DNA of 64,000 bases from Ignavibacteriota bacterium (GTDB taxonomy: Bacteria > Bacteroidota > Ignavibacteria > UBA10030 > UBA6906), in NCBI GenBank assembly GCA_963801355.1, contig CAWDEM010000008.1:2048001-2112000 (forward strand). The letters are read 5' to 3'. The notes below the pieces were generated by a model. The model saw only the letters and a program-made list of their open reading frames with translations, ran no database searches and had not been told where the DNA came from. Position 1 is the stretch's first letter, and each line of letters starts with the position of its first letter. Below, piece by piece: positions 30,073 to 38,660 of this stretch. Position numbers and translations under genes: made by a program.

Positions 30073-32454
30073 TCATGGGTCGAGATCAGGATTCTGCCTC
30101 ACCTCAACGGTGTCCGTCCGCGACACAATTGTCCGCGTTGTCACGGTTGTCAACTCGCGCCGCAATGTCACCGGAGCCGCCAGGTCCGGATAGGTGACCA
30201 CAATGCCTTCGATAACCTTCTGCCCGGGTTTCATCGTGAGCGTCACGGGAACCTCGAGGATGCTGTCCGGAAACGCGTACCATGTCAGGGTCCTGGCTTT
30301 TTCCGATTTCAGCCTCCCGGTCCGGCGCGCGCCGGTCGACCACCGGGAGTGCAGATCGAAGGGCTGGTCTGACCTGTACTTGACCTCAACCAATAACGGT
30401 CGGCGGGTGCCGACAAGTTCCACCGTGCGTAAAACAGACTGCGAGGAGTCATGCAGGGAAGTGTCCGGCCGAATCTCCTGATGGGACGAGACGGCCAGCC
30501 ATTCGACTCGTGACGGCTTCTCCAGGCGCGGACTGAACACGTTGAGCTCTCCTTCGAGGACCGAATCGCGGCCCGCAATGCCTACGTGAAGGCCGTCCAG
30601 AAATTCAGCGCCCCTGATGTGCAGCACACTCGAATCACTGCCGATCTCGTAGCGTTGTTCCGCCCTCACTGACCGTTCCCACCGGGCATCATACACAGGA
30701 CGATTCAGAAGGACGACGGCAAGAATCACGATCGCGGACAGGAGAACAACAAGCACCGCCTTCTTCCTGAATTGCTTCAAGAAGGAGAAGTCGTGGCCTG
30801 CACTCATAGAGACGGCCGCGAAGCCGAAAACAAAGGGAAGCGACAGGACCATGAACACCAAGGCATATCCCACGTCCACCAAACCCACTTTCCACCAACC
30901 GTCAAAGACCGACTCCGCCATAGCCCGCTGGAACAACCCGAGGTATTCCAGAAACACCATATGGAGCGGGAGGTAGCACGCCGCAAGCGCCATCGCACCT
31001 TTGACCACAGGGTGACGCACGAGAACCGCGAGCGAAAAGAAGAGAAGTACCGACCCGGCATAGAGGGCTATTTCAGGATTGGCGAACATCAGCACGACGA
31101 GCGCGGCAATCAGAAGGACAAACACACGGAAGAAATACGGATAGGGATCTGTACTGATGCGCAGGCGACGGAGCATCTGCACTGCAAGCCAGAAACCCAG
31201 GGCACCACACAACAGCGCCAGGGCGACGTAGCCGCCGAAGTTGTTGACCCAGGGGAAACGATATCCCCGGACAGCCCCGAGGAGGGTCTCAGGGAACCAG
31301 ATGCATGCCTGTACAATGAGCGCGGCAAGAACAAGCTTTGCGGCGGACCAGCGGGGCTGAGTGGATTTGTCACGGATCCTGTTGCGCCGCAACTTGGCAA
31401 AGGCGACGACAGCGATGACGATCGTCAACGCGTGTACCACCCAGAGCATCCAGTGATCCACGAACAGCAGGCTGTTGCCTATCTGGAGTAGATAGTACGC
31501 ATCCGTGCCGCGTGAGGGCGTGCCGCCATCGAACCGCTCGACGAGCCGCTGCACAAGCAACCCCGAGCGCGCCAGGCCGTTGGAATCGAATACCGCGAGG
31601 TTGTCGAGAGGAGAATGGATCGGGTACGACACGTCGGAGGTGAAATCGATGGCGGGAATCCCTTTTTCAATAAAGGGAATGTGATCCGAACCGCCCCCCC
31701 CCGGTGTAGAATAATTAAGTGTCGCGCTATGCGTGAGGTACCGGAGATTCTTGAACCCGAGCTCGTTATAGTACACATCAAATGCGGCTTCGGGAAGCCA
31801 GCGTGGAGCACTGACCTGGAACGTTGCGTCGGGATCCATCTCAAGGTAGCTCGCCCCGTCAGCCATATCGATCTGGATCATGAGTGCGACGCTGTCGATA
31901 TGCGGGAACTCCTTCACGAAGTGGGTCGATCCCCGGAGTCCCTCCTCTTCCCCGCCGAAGCAGCAGAAGACGAGTGTGGCAAGACGGTCGCGGGGTGCGA
32001 GCACGCGGGCCAACTCCATGACGCAGGCCGCGCCTGAGCCGTCGTCATTGGCGCCGGGTACGTCAGGGCCGGACGTGTCGATGTGCCCGCCGATCACGAT
32101 CATGCGCCCGGTTCTCCCGCGGGCGATGCCGACGGCTATGCCGCTCCTGGTGTTGATCCCTTCAGCGACGTTTATAGGAAGGATGAAAGTCGTGTCGCAA
32201 CCGTACTCTCTGAACTTCGATGCAGCGAACGCGAGCGCCCGTTGTTCGGCGGGCGAGCCCATGGGCCGCGGGCCGATGTCGCGGACAAGTGTCTGCAACA
32301 AGGCGTAGGCACCGGGGCTGGAGAAATCGTTGTTGGGCAAGGCCTGACCCCGGCACGGCAGAATTGCCGCACCGAGAAGCGTGAGGATCCCGGCCAGGAG
32401 CAGCCGCCGCGGAATCCGCTGGTTGAGGCTGCGGGAGGCTATCAGCTTTTCCAA
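30073..32454 (-). CDS. M28 family peptidase with multi-TM C-terminal region
   Basis: GGHIDT, GANDDGSG, GEEEGLRGS, QIDM, SDH, IHSPLD, followed by about 8-9 TM helices. Confidence 0.88.
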   Translation of the reverse strand: MEKLIASRSLNQRIPRRLLLAGILTLLGAAILPCRGQALPNNDFSSPGAYALLQTLVRDIGPRPMGSPAEQRALAFAASKFREYGCDTTFILPINVAEGINTRSGIAVGIARGRTGRMIVIGGHIDTSGPDVPGANDDGSGAACVMELARVLAPRDRLATLVFCCFGGEEEGLRGSTHFVKEFPHIDSVALMIQIDMADGASYLEMDPDATFQVSAPRWLPEAAFDVYYNELGFKNLRYLTHSATLNYSTPGGGGSDHIPFIEKGIPAIDFTSDVSYPIHSPLDNLAVFDSNGLARSGLLVQRLVERFDGGTPSRGTDAYYLLQIGNSLLFVDHWMLWVVHALTIVIAVVAFAKLRRNRIRDKSTQPRWSAAKLVLAALIVQACIWFPETLLGAVRGYRFPWVNNFGGYVALALLCGALGFWLAVQMLRRLRISTDPYPYFFRVFVLLIAALVVLMFANPEIALYAGSVLLFFSLAVLVRHPVVKGAMALAACYLPLHMVFLEYLGLFQRAMAESVFDGWWKVGLVDVGYALVFMVLSLPFVFGFAAVSMSAGHDFSFLKQFRKKAVLVVLLSAIVILAVVLLNRPVYDARWERSVRAEQRYEIGSDSSVLHIRGAEFLDGLHVGIAGRDSVLEGELNVFSPRLEKPSRVEWLAVSSHQEIRPDTSLHDSSQSVLRTVELVGTRRPLLVEVKYRSDQPFDLHSRWSTGARRTGRLKSEKARTLTWYAFPDSILEVPVTLTMKPGQKVIEGIVVTYPDLAAPVTLRRELTTVTTRTIVSRTDTVEVRQNPDLDP

Positions 32455-32984
32455 GGAACCTCGGGTATGCCGGAGGTATGATTGGCAAACCGGGCAAGCA
32501 CGAAGAGGAAATCGGAGAGGCGGTTCAGGTAGATGATGGCATCGTTGCCGATGTCATCGCTGCGTGCGAGGCGGACAACATGGCGTTCCGCCCTACGGCA
32601 CACGGTGCGCGCGAAATGCAGACGGGCGGCGACGGGAGAGCCCCCGGGAAGGATGAAATTCTGGAGGGGCTGTAGAACCGACTCCAGGGCATCGATCTCG
32701 CGCTCAAGTGCTTCTCCATCGGAAGATGTGATGCGCCGGAGATTCTTCGCATCGACCGACCGGGGCGTGGCCAGATCCGCACCCAGAACAAACAGCTGCT
32801 GTTGAATGCCGGCCAGAAGCCGGTCAATATCTCCCTGCGCGTTATCGGCACGGACAATCCCCAGCACGGAGTTCAACTCGTCCACGGTACCATAGGCTTC
32901 AATCCTGAAGGCATCCTTGGGCACTCGCTGACCGCCGAACAGCGAGGTATCGCCTCTGTCTCCGGTGCGTGTGTAGATTTTCAT
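32442..32984 (-). CDS. pduO: ATP:cob(I)alamin adenosyltransferase, PduO type
   Basis: KIYTRTGDRGDT, AYGTVDELNS, FILPGG, ARTVCRRAER, YLNRLSDFLFVLAR. Confidence 0.93.
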   Translation of the reverse strand: MKIYTRTGDRGDTSLFGGQRVPKDAFRIEAYGTVDELNSVLGIVRADNAQGDIDRLLAGIQQQLFVLGADLATPRSVDAKNLRRITSSDGEALEREIDALESVLQPLQNFILPGGSPVAARLHFARTVCRRAERHVVRLARSDDIGNDAIIYLNRLSDFLFVLARFANHTSGIPEVPWKS

Positions 32985-33014
32985 GGCTCGAATGTAACCA
33001 AAACCTGTATAAGA

Positions 33015-33044
33015 ACCAACGGCCGCCCGTAGGCGGCCGTTGGT
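33015..33044 (-). terminator. Terminator hairpin downstream of the Yip1 gene
   Basis: ACCAACGGCCGCC / GGCGGCCGTTGGT 13-bp perfect stem; C(UACG)G tetraloop on the minus strand. Confidence 0.7.
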
Positions 33045-33069
33045 ATCTTCTCAAGCCCATCGGAAATAC

Positions 33070-33663
33070 TTACATGCCGCCCAGTCCGCCGAACGCGGTC
33101 AGCCCGAGCATGCCGAACATAATCACCGAAAGTATGGCGCCAAGGATCATGTAGACGACGATGAGTATGACCGCAGTCACCACCAGATAGATCACGATCT
33201 TGTCCTGCGGGGTCTTCATCGTGTGGGGAAGGCCGAGATACATCAGGTAGAGGCCGTACAGCGCAGCGAGGCTTGCGATGATACCCAGCGCCGGGACGAT
33301 ATTCAGAATGCCGGCGACCCAGGCGGGTGTGTAGGAATAGGCCACCAGTTGCATCGCCCTGCCGAAATTCTTCTGTGATCCGAAGTTCGGCGCGAGGAGG
33401 TCCACCACGAATGCGGTCACATACACTCCAACCACGGTGGAAACAAAGGAGATGACACCGAACGCGATTCCCCAGGTGAACGAGTGCATGAAGCCCTGTC
33501 CGACCAGACCGTAGCCGATGAGACTGGCCACAGCCGGAATGAGGGCCAGCGGGATGACGTAGCCGGTCATAATCGCCATGGCGTTCGGCTCTTCCGCTGC
33601 AATTACCGGCCATTCGGTTTTCGGCGTCATAATGATGTTCTTTGCGCGTTCAAAAAGATTCAT
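33070..33663 (-). CDS. Yip1 family membrane protein
   Basis: RAKNIIMTPKTEW, LVAYSYTPAW, LYGLYLMYLGL; 5 TM segments; GGAGG RBS. Confidence 0.9.
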   Translation of the reverse strand: MNLFERAKNIIMTPKTEWPVIAAEEPNAMAIMTGYVIPLALIPAVASLIGYGLVGQGFMHSFTWGIAFGVISFVSTVVGVYVTAFVVDLLAPNFGSQKNFGRAMQLVAYSYTPAWVAGILNIVPALGIIASLAALYGLYLMYLGLPHTMKTPQDKIVIYLVVTAVILIVVYMILGAILSVIMFGMLGLTAFGGLGGM

Positions 33664-33744
33664 GGCACCTCCTGGTATGATGTTATAGTACAGAGGCTTG
33701 ATAAGATAGTAGGTTGGTCAGGCTGGCTAGCTCACGATCAAGCC

Positions 33745-33773
33745 AATATAGTACATCGGGAATGATTACGCAA
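33745..33773 (-). promoter_or_regulatory. sigma70 promoter TTGCGT-17-TATATT of the Yip1 gene
   Basis: -35 at 33773-33768, -10 at 33750-33745. Confidence 0.55.
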
Positions 33774-33783
33774 CAAGAAAGGA

Positions 33784-33813
33784 GGATATGTCGATGCAGG
33801 ATAGGTCGATGCA
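33784..33813. repeat. 15-bp tandem duplication
   Basis: GGATATGTCGATGCA GGATAGGTCGATGCA (14/15 identical). Confidence 0.65.
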
Positions 33814-34011
33814 GCAGAATGCCCAAATGCCCACGCACATGCTCGAATCACGACATCCTTGTCGTCGAGGTGCGGGGGCAATGGGGAGTGTACCACCTGT
33901 CACTCCTATTGTCGGCTGAGCGACGGTAAACTTTAGCGAGCTTCCCGAAAATATTCGGCGAATATTCGTGAGAATTGGCTGATTGATTGCCGCGGGATTC
34001 TGACCGGGGCA

Positions 34012-34572
34012 TCACGCAGACAGGTGGGAAACAAGGATCCGGATGGCGATTGCGATCAGGACAGCGCCGCCGATGGCTTCCGCCGTCCTCCCGAACCGGA
34101 CATGAAGGCGGTTTCCCAGGACAACTGCGAAAACGCAGACAGAACCCGTGATGAACCCGATGGCAGCGCTCGGCCACCAGATGTCGACGCCGAGGAAGGC
34201 AAGGGTAAGGCCGACGGCAAGGGCGTCAATGCTCGTCGCCACAGAAAGCGCTATCAGCCTCACCCCCCGTGACGGGTCTCTCCGGTCATTCGACTGTTCA
34301 AACCTGAATGCCGATGATATCATGCGAACGCCAATAAACACGAGGAGACCGAAAGCAATCCAGTGGTCGAAGCTGGCGATCAGCGGTGCGACCCCTACAC
34401 CCGCAAGCCATCCGATGACCGGCATAAGAAACTGGAAGAGGCCGAAATGGAACGAAATGCGAAATGTCGCTCGTCCGCCGGCAATTCGCCCGGTAGAGGC
34501 CGCGGCAAGCGCGACCGCAAAGGCGTCAATCGACAATGCCAGCGCAAGGATGAGAACTTCAATGAGAGTCAC
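34012..34572 (-). CDS. mntP: Manganese efflux pump MntP
   Basis: ALSIDAFAV, FGLFQFLMP, DHWIAF, ATSIDALAVG, AEAIGGAVLI. Confidence 0.92.
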   Translation of the reverse strand: MTLIEVLILALALSIDAFAVALAAASTGRIAGGRATFRISFHFGLFQFLMPVIGWLAGVGVAPLIASFDHWIAFGLLVFIGVRMISSAFRFEQSNDRRDPSRGVRLIALSVATSIDALAVGLTLAFLGVDIWWPSAAIGFITGSVCVFAVVLGNRLHVRFGRTAEAIGGAVLIAIAIRILVSHLSA

Positions 34573-34586
34573 CGCCGCTTACCCCC

Positions 34587-35600
34587 TCATGCTTCAGTAT
34601 GCTCCCACGCCTCGAAAACGGCGGAGATATTTGCGGCACTGTTGTCTTTCCCCCACTCACACTGCGCGATCACTCCTCCCCTGCCGTTGTCCAGAGCCTT
34701 GCGCACACGGCGTACGGCGGCATGGACTTCCGCGGGTGTTCCGAAAGGGAGGATCCTCTGTCGATCGATCTCTCCCCAGAATGTAATCTTTCCCCGGTGC
34801 AGCTCCCCCAGCCTTTCGATATCCATGCAAAAGAGCTGCGAATTCAGAGCATCCACACCGATTTCAATGAGGTCGGGATAGATGGCCTCGATATTGCCGT
34901 CCGAGTGGAAGAACACGAATTTGCCTGCCCGCTTGATGATTTCGCAATACTCCCGGTACATGGGTTTGAACAATTCGCGCCACGTGACAGGATTGATGAG
35001 GAGTGAAGTGTTGGATCCCCAGTCATCCATCAGTGAAACCGCATCCACATTCGTCCGCGACCAGGCAAGCACATCCTCCCGGTAGTAGTCATGCACCATT
35101 GCGATGAGCGTACGGGCTTCCTCCGTGCCGTAGGCAAGATCCATATACAGATTTTCGGGGCCCCGGAGGAACTGCAGCCGCTCAAACGGCCGGGCGCACG
35201 TCGCTGAGACCATGAAGAGCGGGCTGGAGTCGCAATCCCTGTTGACGTTATCCCAGTTGCGGGAGCGAATGTGTTCCCATGGCGGCCTGAAGGTGCGGAG
35301 CGCCGACCAGTCCCTCAAGACCGGCTCCTTGACCTCCCCGATCACTCCGGGTTCGCCGACATGCCAGACGCTCCCCCATTCATCCCGGTAGGTACCGGCA
35401 TGCGCCAGCTTCTGGATGTCCGCATCGTCGGACCCCGGACTCAGTTCGGGGCGTCCGAAATCCCCGGGGAAGCGGGCGAGCATATCATCGAGTTCCTGCT
35501 TCCGGAACAGGGAGATGTACGGAAGCGCCCAGAGGTCCCTGGGCGGCCTGTCAGGTGTGGAGAAAGTCAATGCAGCGCGGACTCTTTCACGGGAGGTCAT
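34587..35600 (-). CDS. Uroporphyrinogen decarboxylase-family (MtaA/CmuA-like) protein
   Basis: MTSRERV, DEWG, LRGPENLYMDL, MDDWG, FHSDG, FWGEIDRQ.LPFGTP. Confidence 0.85.
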   Translation of the reverse strand: MTSRERVRAALTFSTPDRPPRDLWALPYISLFRKQELDDMLARFPGDFGRPELSPGSDDADIQKLAHAGTYRDEWGSVWHVGEPGVIGEVKEPVLRDWSALRTFRPPWEHIRSRNWDNVNRDCDSSPLFMVSATCARPFERLQFLRGPENLYMDLAYGTEEARTLIAMVHDYYREDVLAWSRTNVDAVSLMDDWGSNTSLLINPVTWRELFKPMYREYCEIIKRAGKFVFFHSDGNIEAIYPDLIEIGVDALNSQLFCMDIERLGELHRGKITFWGEIDRQRILPFGTPAEVHAAVRRVRKALDNGRGGVIAQCEWGKDNSAANISAVFEAWEHTEA

Positions 35601-35674
35601 CGATACCGGTCCAGGATAAAGCGACAGAATGTGAGTGGTCAATATATAAGTAATACAGGGAATACGCAAAACGC

Positions 35675-35703
35675 TTGACAAGAAATGAAGGAATCCGTAT
35701 ATT
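35675..35703 (+). promoter_or_regulatory. sigma70 promoter TTGACA-17-TATATT of the qNor gene
   Basis: -35 at 35675-35680, -10 at 35698-35703. Confidence 0.75.
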
Positions 35704-35721
35704 CAGACTGCTTTATCTGAA
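35702..35721. promoter_or_regulatory. Putative repressor operator over the qNor start site
   Basis: TTCAGA-N8-TCTGAA inverted repeat abutting the -10 box. Confidence 0.45.
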
Positions 35722-35743
35722 ATACCCAACCAAGGAGAACACT

Positions 35744-37966
35744 ATGAGAAAATACTGGATCGCGTTTGTCGCGGTCATTGTGATTGGCTTCCTGGTGCTC
35801 GGCTGGGCGGGATGGCGCATTTATCAGGAGAAACCGCCGATCCCCACCGCAGTGGTCGCCACGAACGGAACAGTCGTGATCACCGGAGAGGATATCCAGC
35901 GCGGGCAGAATGTCTGGCAGGCGATGGGAGGGATGGAACTCGGATCCATCTGGGGACATGGAGCGTACGTTGCGCCCGACTGGACCGCCGACTGGCTTCA
36001 CCGCGAGTGCATGATCGTACTTGATGCCTGGGCAAGCAACGTCGCCGGCAGGCCGTATGACGGCCTCTCGATCGAACAGAAGGCTGCTCTCAAGGCGCAT
36101 CTCAGTGAAGTCATGCGCAGGAATTCTTATGACCCCGCTACCGGGAAGATCACCATCGACCCGGAGCGCGTGATGGCGTACAGGATCAACGCGCAATACT
36201 ACTCCCAGTTATTCAAGAACGGCAACGCGGCATACGCCATCCCCCGGGGTGCGGTCACGGACAGCATCAAGCTGCAGCAGTTGAGCGCGTTCTTCTTCTG
36301 GACATCGTGGGCGGCAAGCACAAACCGCCCGGGAGAAGAGATCACCTACACAAGCAACTGGCCCCATGAAGACCTCGTCGAAAATCACCCGACCGCAGAT
36401 GCCGTCGTGTGGACCGGGGTCAGCATCATTCTTCTCCTCGCCGGCATCGCCGGCATGGTCTGGTACTACGCATCACACAAGGAAGACGCCGTTCCGGCGA
36501 CACTGCCGGCAACCGACCCCCTGTTCGGCAGCACGTTCACCCGGTCACAACGTGCCACCCTCAAGTACTTCTTCGTAGTCTCCGCGCTCATTCTCGTGCA
36601 GATACTCGTGGGCGTGGTCACCGCACACTACGGTGTGGAAGGCGACGGCTTCTATGGCATTCCCCTCGCGGCGTGGCTGCCGTACGTCCTCAGCCGCACC
36701 TGGCACGTGCAGCTCGGCATTTTCTGGATCGCCACAGCCTGGCTGGCAGCCGGACTGTTTATCGCCCCGGCGGTGAGCCGTGTAGAGATGAAAGGACAAC
36801 GCCTCGGCGTGAACGTGCTCTTCGGCGCCCTGCTCCTGGTTGTCATCGGCTCCATGACAGGCGAATGGCTCAGCGTCCACAACAAACTCACCGGTGACGC
36901 ATGGTTCTACTTTGGCCACCAGGGTTACGAGTACATCGATCTCGGACGGGTATGGCAGATCGGCCTGGTCGTGGGTCTCGTGCTCTGGGTCTATCTCGTC
37001 GGCCGCAACATTCTTATCGCCATCCGGCGGGGGGATGAGCACAAGCCTCTTCTCATCCTCTTCCTCGTTTCGACGGTGGCAATCGGCGGATTCTACATGG
37101 CAGGATTGATGTGGGGCCAGCACACAAATCTGGCCATCGCGGAGTACTGGCGTTGGTGGGTCGTGCACCTCTGGGTGGAGGGGTTCTTCGAAGTCTTTGC
37201 GACGACAATCATCATCTTCATGTTCGCACGGCTGCAGCTCATTAAAGTCTGGTCTGCAAATACGGCGGTGATTCTGTCATCGACCGTCTACCTCGCCGGC
37301 GGCATCATCGGTACGCTGCATCACCTGTATTTTAGCGGGACGCCGACATCGGTGATCGCTCTCGGGGCGGTCTTCAGTGCGCTCGAGGTCGTGCCTCTGG
37401 TGCTCGCGGGATATGAGGCTTGGCAGAATCTGCAACTCTCGCGGTCGACCCCCTGGATCGTGAATTACCGGTGGCCGATCTTCTTCTTCGTGGCTGTTGC
37501 GTTCTGGAATGCGATTGGCGCAGGGTTATTCGGCTTCATGATCAATCCCCCCATCGCGCTCTACTACATGCAGGGATTGAACACCACACCGGTGCACGGT
37601 CATGCAGCCCTTTTCGGCGTGTACGGCATGCTGGGGATCGGGCTGATGCTGTTTTGTCTGCGGTTCGTCTGGGTCCAGATCGCGTGGAAGGAACGATTGC
37701 TGGGTTGGGCCTTCTGGGGGATGAACGTCGGATTGATGCTGATGGTCGCCGGCAGTCTTCTGCCCGTGGGGATGATGCAGACGTGGGCGTCGGTGAAATA
37801 CGGCTACTGGTATGCCCGCAGTGCGGACTTCCTGTCGTCGCCCACGGTGCAGGCCATCAAATGGTCGCGCGTGTTCGGCGACACGGTGTTTGCCCTGGGG
37901 GCCGTCGCCCTGGTCGTCTTTGTGTTCGGCCTGGCGATCGGATACTCACGTAAAAAGGAGGGCTGA
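35744..37966 (+). CDS. norZ: Quinol-dependent nitric oxide reductase (qNor)
   Basis: GSIWGHGAYVAPDWTADWLHRE, WHVQLGIFWIAT, VVHLWVEGFFE, GTLHHLY, SALEVVP, HGHAALFGVYG; AAGGAG RBS. Confidence 0.95.
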   Translation: MRKYWIAFVAVIVIGFLVLGWAGWRIYQEKPPIPTAVVATNGTVVITGEDIQRGQNVWQAMGGMELGSIWGHGAYVAPDWTADWLHRECMIVLDAWASNVAGRPYDGLSIEQKAALKAHLSEVMRRNSYDPATGKITIDPERVMAYRINAQYYSQLFKNGNAAYAIPRGAVTDSIKLQQLSAFFFWTSWAASTNRPGEEITYTSNWPHEDLVENHPTADAVVWTGVSIILLLAGIAGMVWYYASHKEDAVPATLPATDPLFGSTFTRSQRATLKYFFVVSALILVQILVGVVTAHYGVEGDGFYGIPLAAWLPYVLSRTWHVQLGIFWIATAWLAAGLFIAPAVSRVEMKGQRLGVNVLFGALLLVVIGSMTGEWLSVHNKLTGDAWFYFGHQGYEYIDLGRVWQIGLVVGLVLWVYLVGRNILIAIRRGDEHKPLLILFLVSTVAIGGFYMAGLMWGQHTNLAIAEYWRWWVVHLWVEGFFEVFATTIIIFMFARLQLIKVWSANTAVILSSTVYLAGGIIGTLHHLYFSGTPTSVIALGAVFSALEVVPLVLAGYEAWQNLQLSRSTPWIVNYRWPIFFFVAVAFWNAIGAGLFGFMINPPIALYYMQGLNTTPVHGHAALFGVYGMLGIGLMLFCLRFVWVQIAWKERLLGWAFWGMNVGLMLMVAGSLLPVGMMQTWASVKYGYWYARSADFLSSPTVQAIKWSRVFGDTVFALGAVALVVFVFGLAIGYSRKKEG

Positions 37967-37998
37967 GCTAACGGCTCGTACCCCTTCCAGAGAGACAA

Positions 37999-38039
37999 CG
38001 CCCCACTGTGCTATCCACGGTGGGGCGCTGTTCTTTTTC
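37999..38039 (+). terminator. Intrinsic, probably bidirectional, terminator
   Basis: CGCCCCACTGTG / CACGGTGGGGCG stem then TGTTCTTTTT, between the convergent qNor and csp genes. Confidence 0.75.
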
Positions 38040-38050
38040 CCACAATCCTG

Positions 38051-38251
38051 CTACACCTTGGTAACGTTCTGCGCCTGCAGCCCCTTGGGACCCTGGGTCA
38101 CTTCGAACTCGACCTTGTCCCCTTCGTTCAGAGTTTTATATCCCTCGCCGACGATCGCACGGAAATGCACGAATACGTCTTCGCCCGTCTCCCGCGAAAT
38201 AAACCCGTAGCCTTTTGCTCCGTTGAACCACTTTACAGTTCCCTTTTCCAT
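38051..38251 (-). CDS. Cold-shock protein (CspA family)
   Basis: GTVKWFN, KGYGFI (RNP1), VFVHF (RNP2), [19 protein letters not shown]. Confidence 0.96.
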   Translation of the reverse strand: MEKGTVKWFNGAKGYGFISRETGEDVFVHFRAIVGEGYKTLNEGDKVEFEVTQGPKGLQAQNVTKV

Positions 38252-38466
38252 AATGGGAAGCTCCTGATGTTTGCTGCCATCCGCAACCGGCGGACACGGC
38301 GATCACTCCCGCAAGGTGCCTTTTAACGAAAATCGCAACCACGGTCACCATCACCATAGCTGCGATCCATTTTGTTCTGCTGCGGCTGTGTCCAGCTTCA
38401 GCAAACATAGTTCCCGGTCAGGGAACCCCAAAAGGCCAACAACGGTGCACTGATCGTTGACACCAA

Positions 38467-38495
38467 ACCATAAGAAATCCAAAAAAGAGAAGCAA
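38467..38495 (-). promoter_or_regulatory. Candidate csp promoter TTGCTT-17-TATGGT
   Basis: -35 at 38495-38490, -10 at 38472-38467; implies a 5' leader of about 200 nt. Confidence 0.4.
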
Positions 38496-38660
38496 GAGAA
38501 ATTATATTTCAGCGAAGATTTTGTCCACCCCGGATCCCCCCCGCCGGCATCGTTCCGGTTAGTTGTTTTTTTTGATTTGTCGCGGCATGTAGCGATGAGC
38601 CTTTTGCCTTAGCTCCTTTGCCCCCTTTTTTGTATTCTGCAATGCCAGCCTGAGGAACCC

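Noticed and set aside
34573-34586. yybP-ykoY riboswitch before mntP
   Set aside because: Only 14 bp of intergenic space.
35744-37966. qNor as an NO dismutase (Nod)
   Set aside because: Canonical qNor residues are retained (HLWVEGFFE, GTLHH, quinol-site His in WHVQL).
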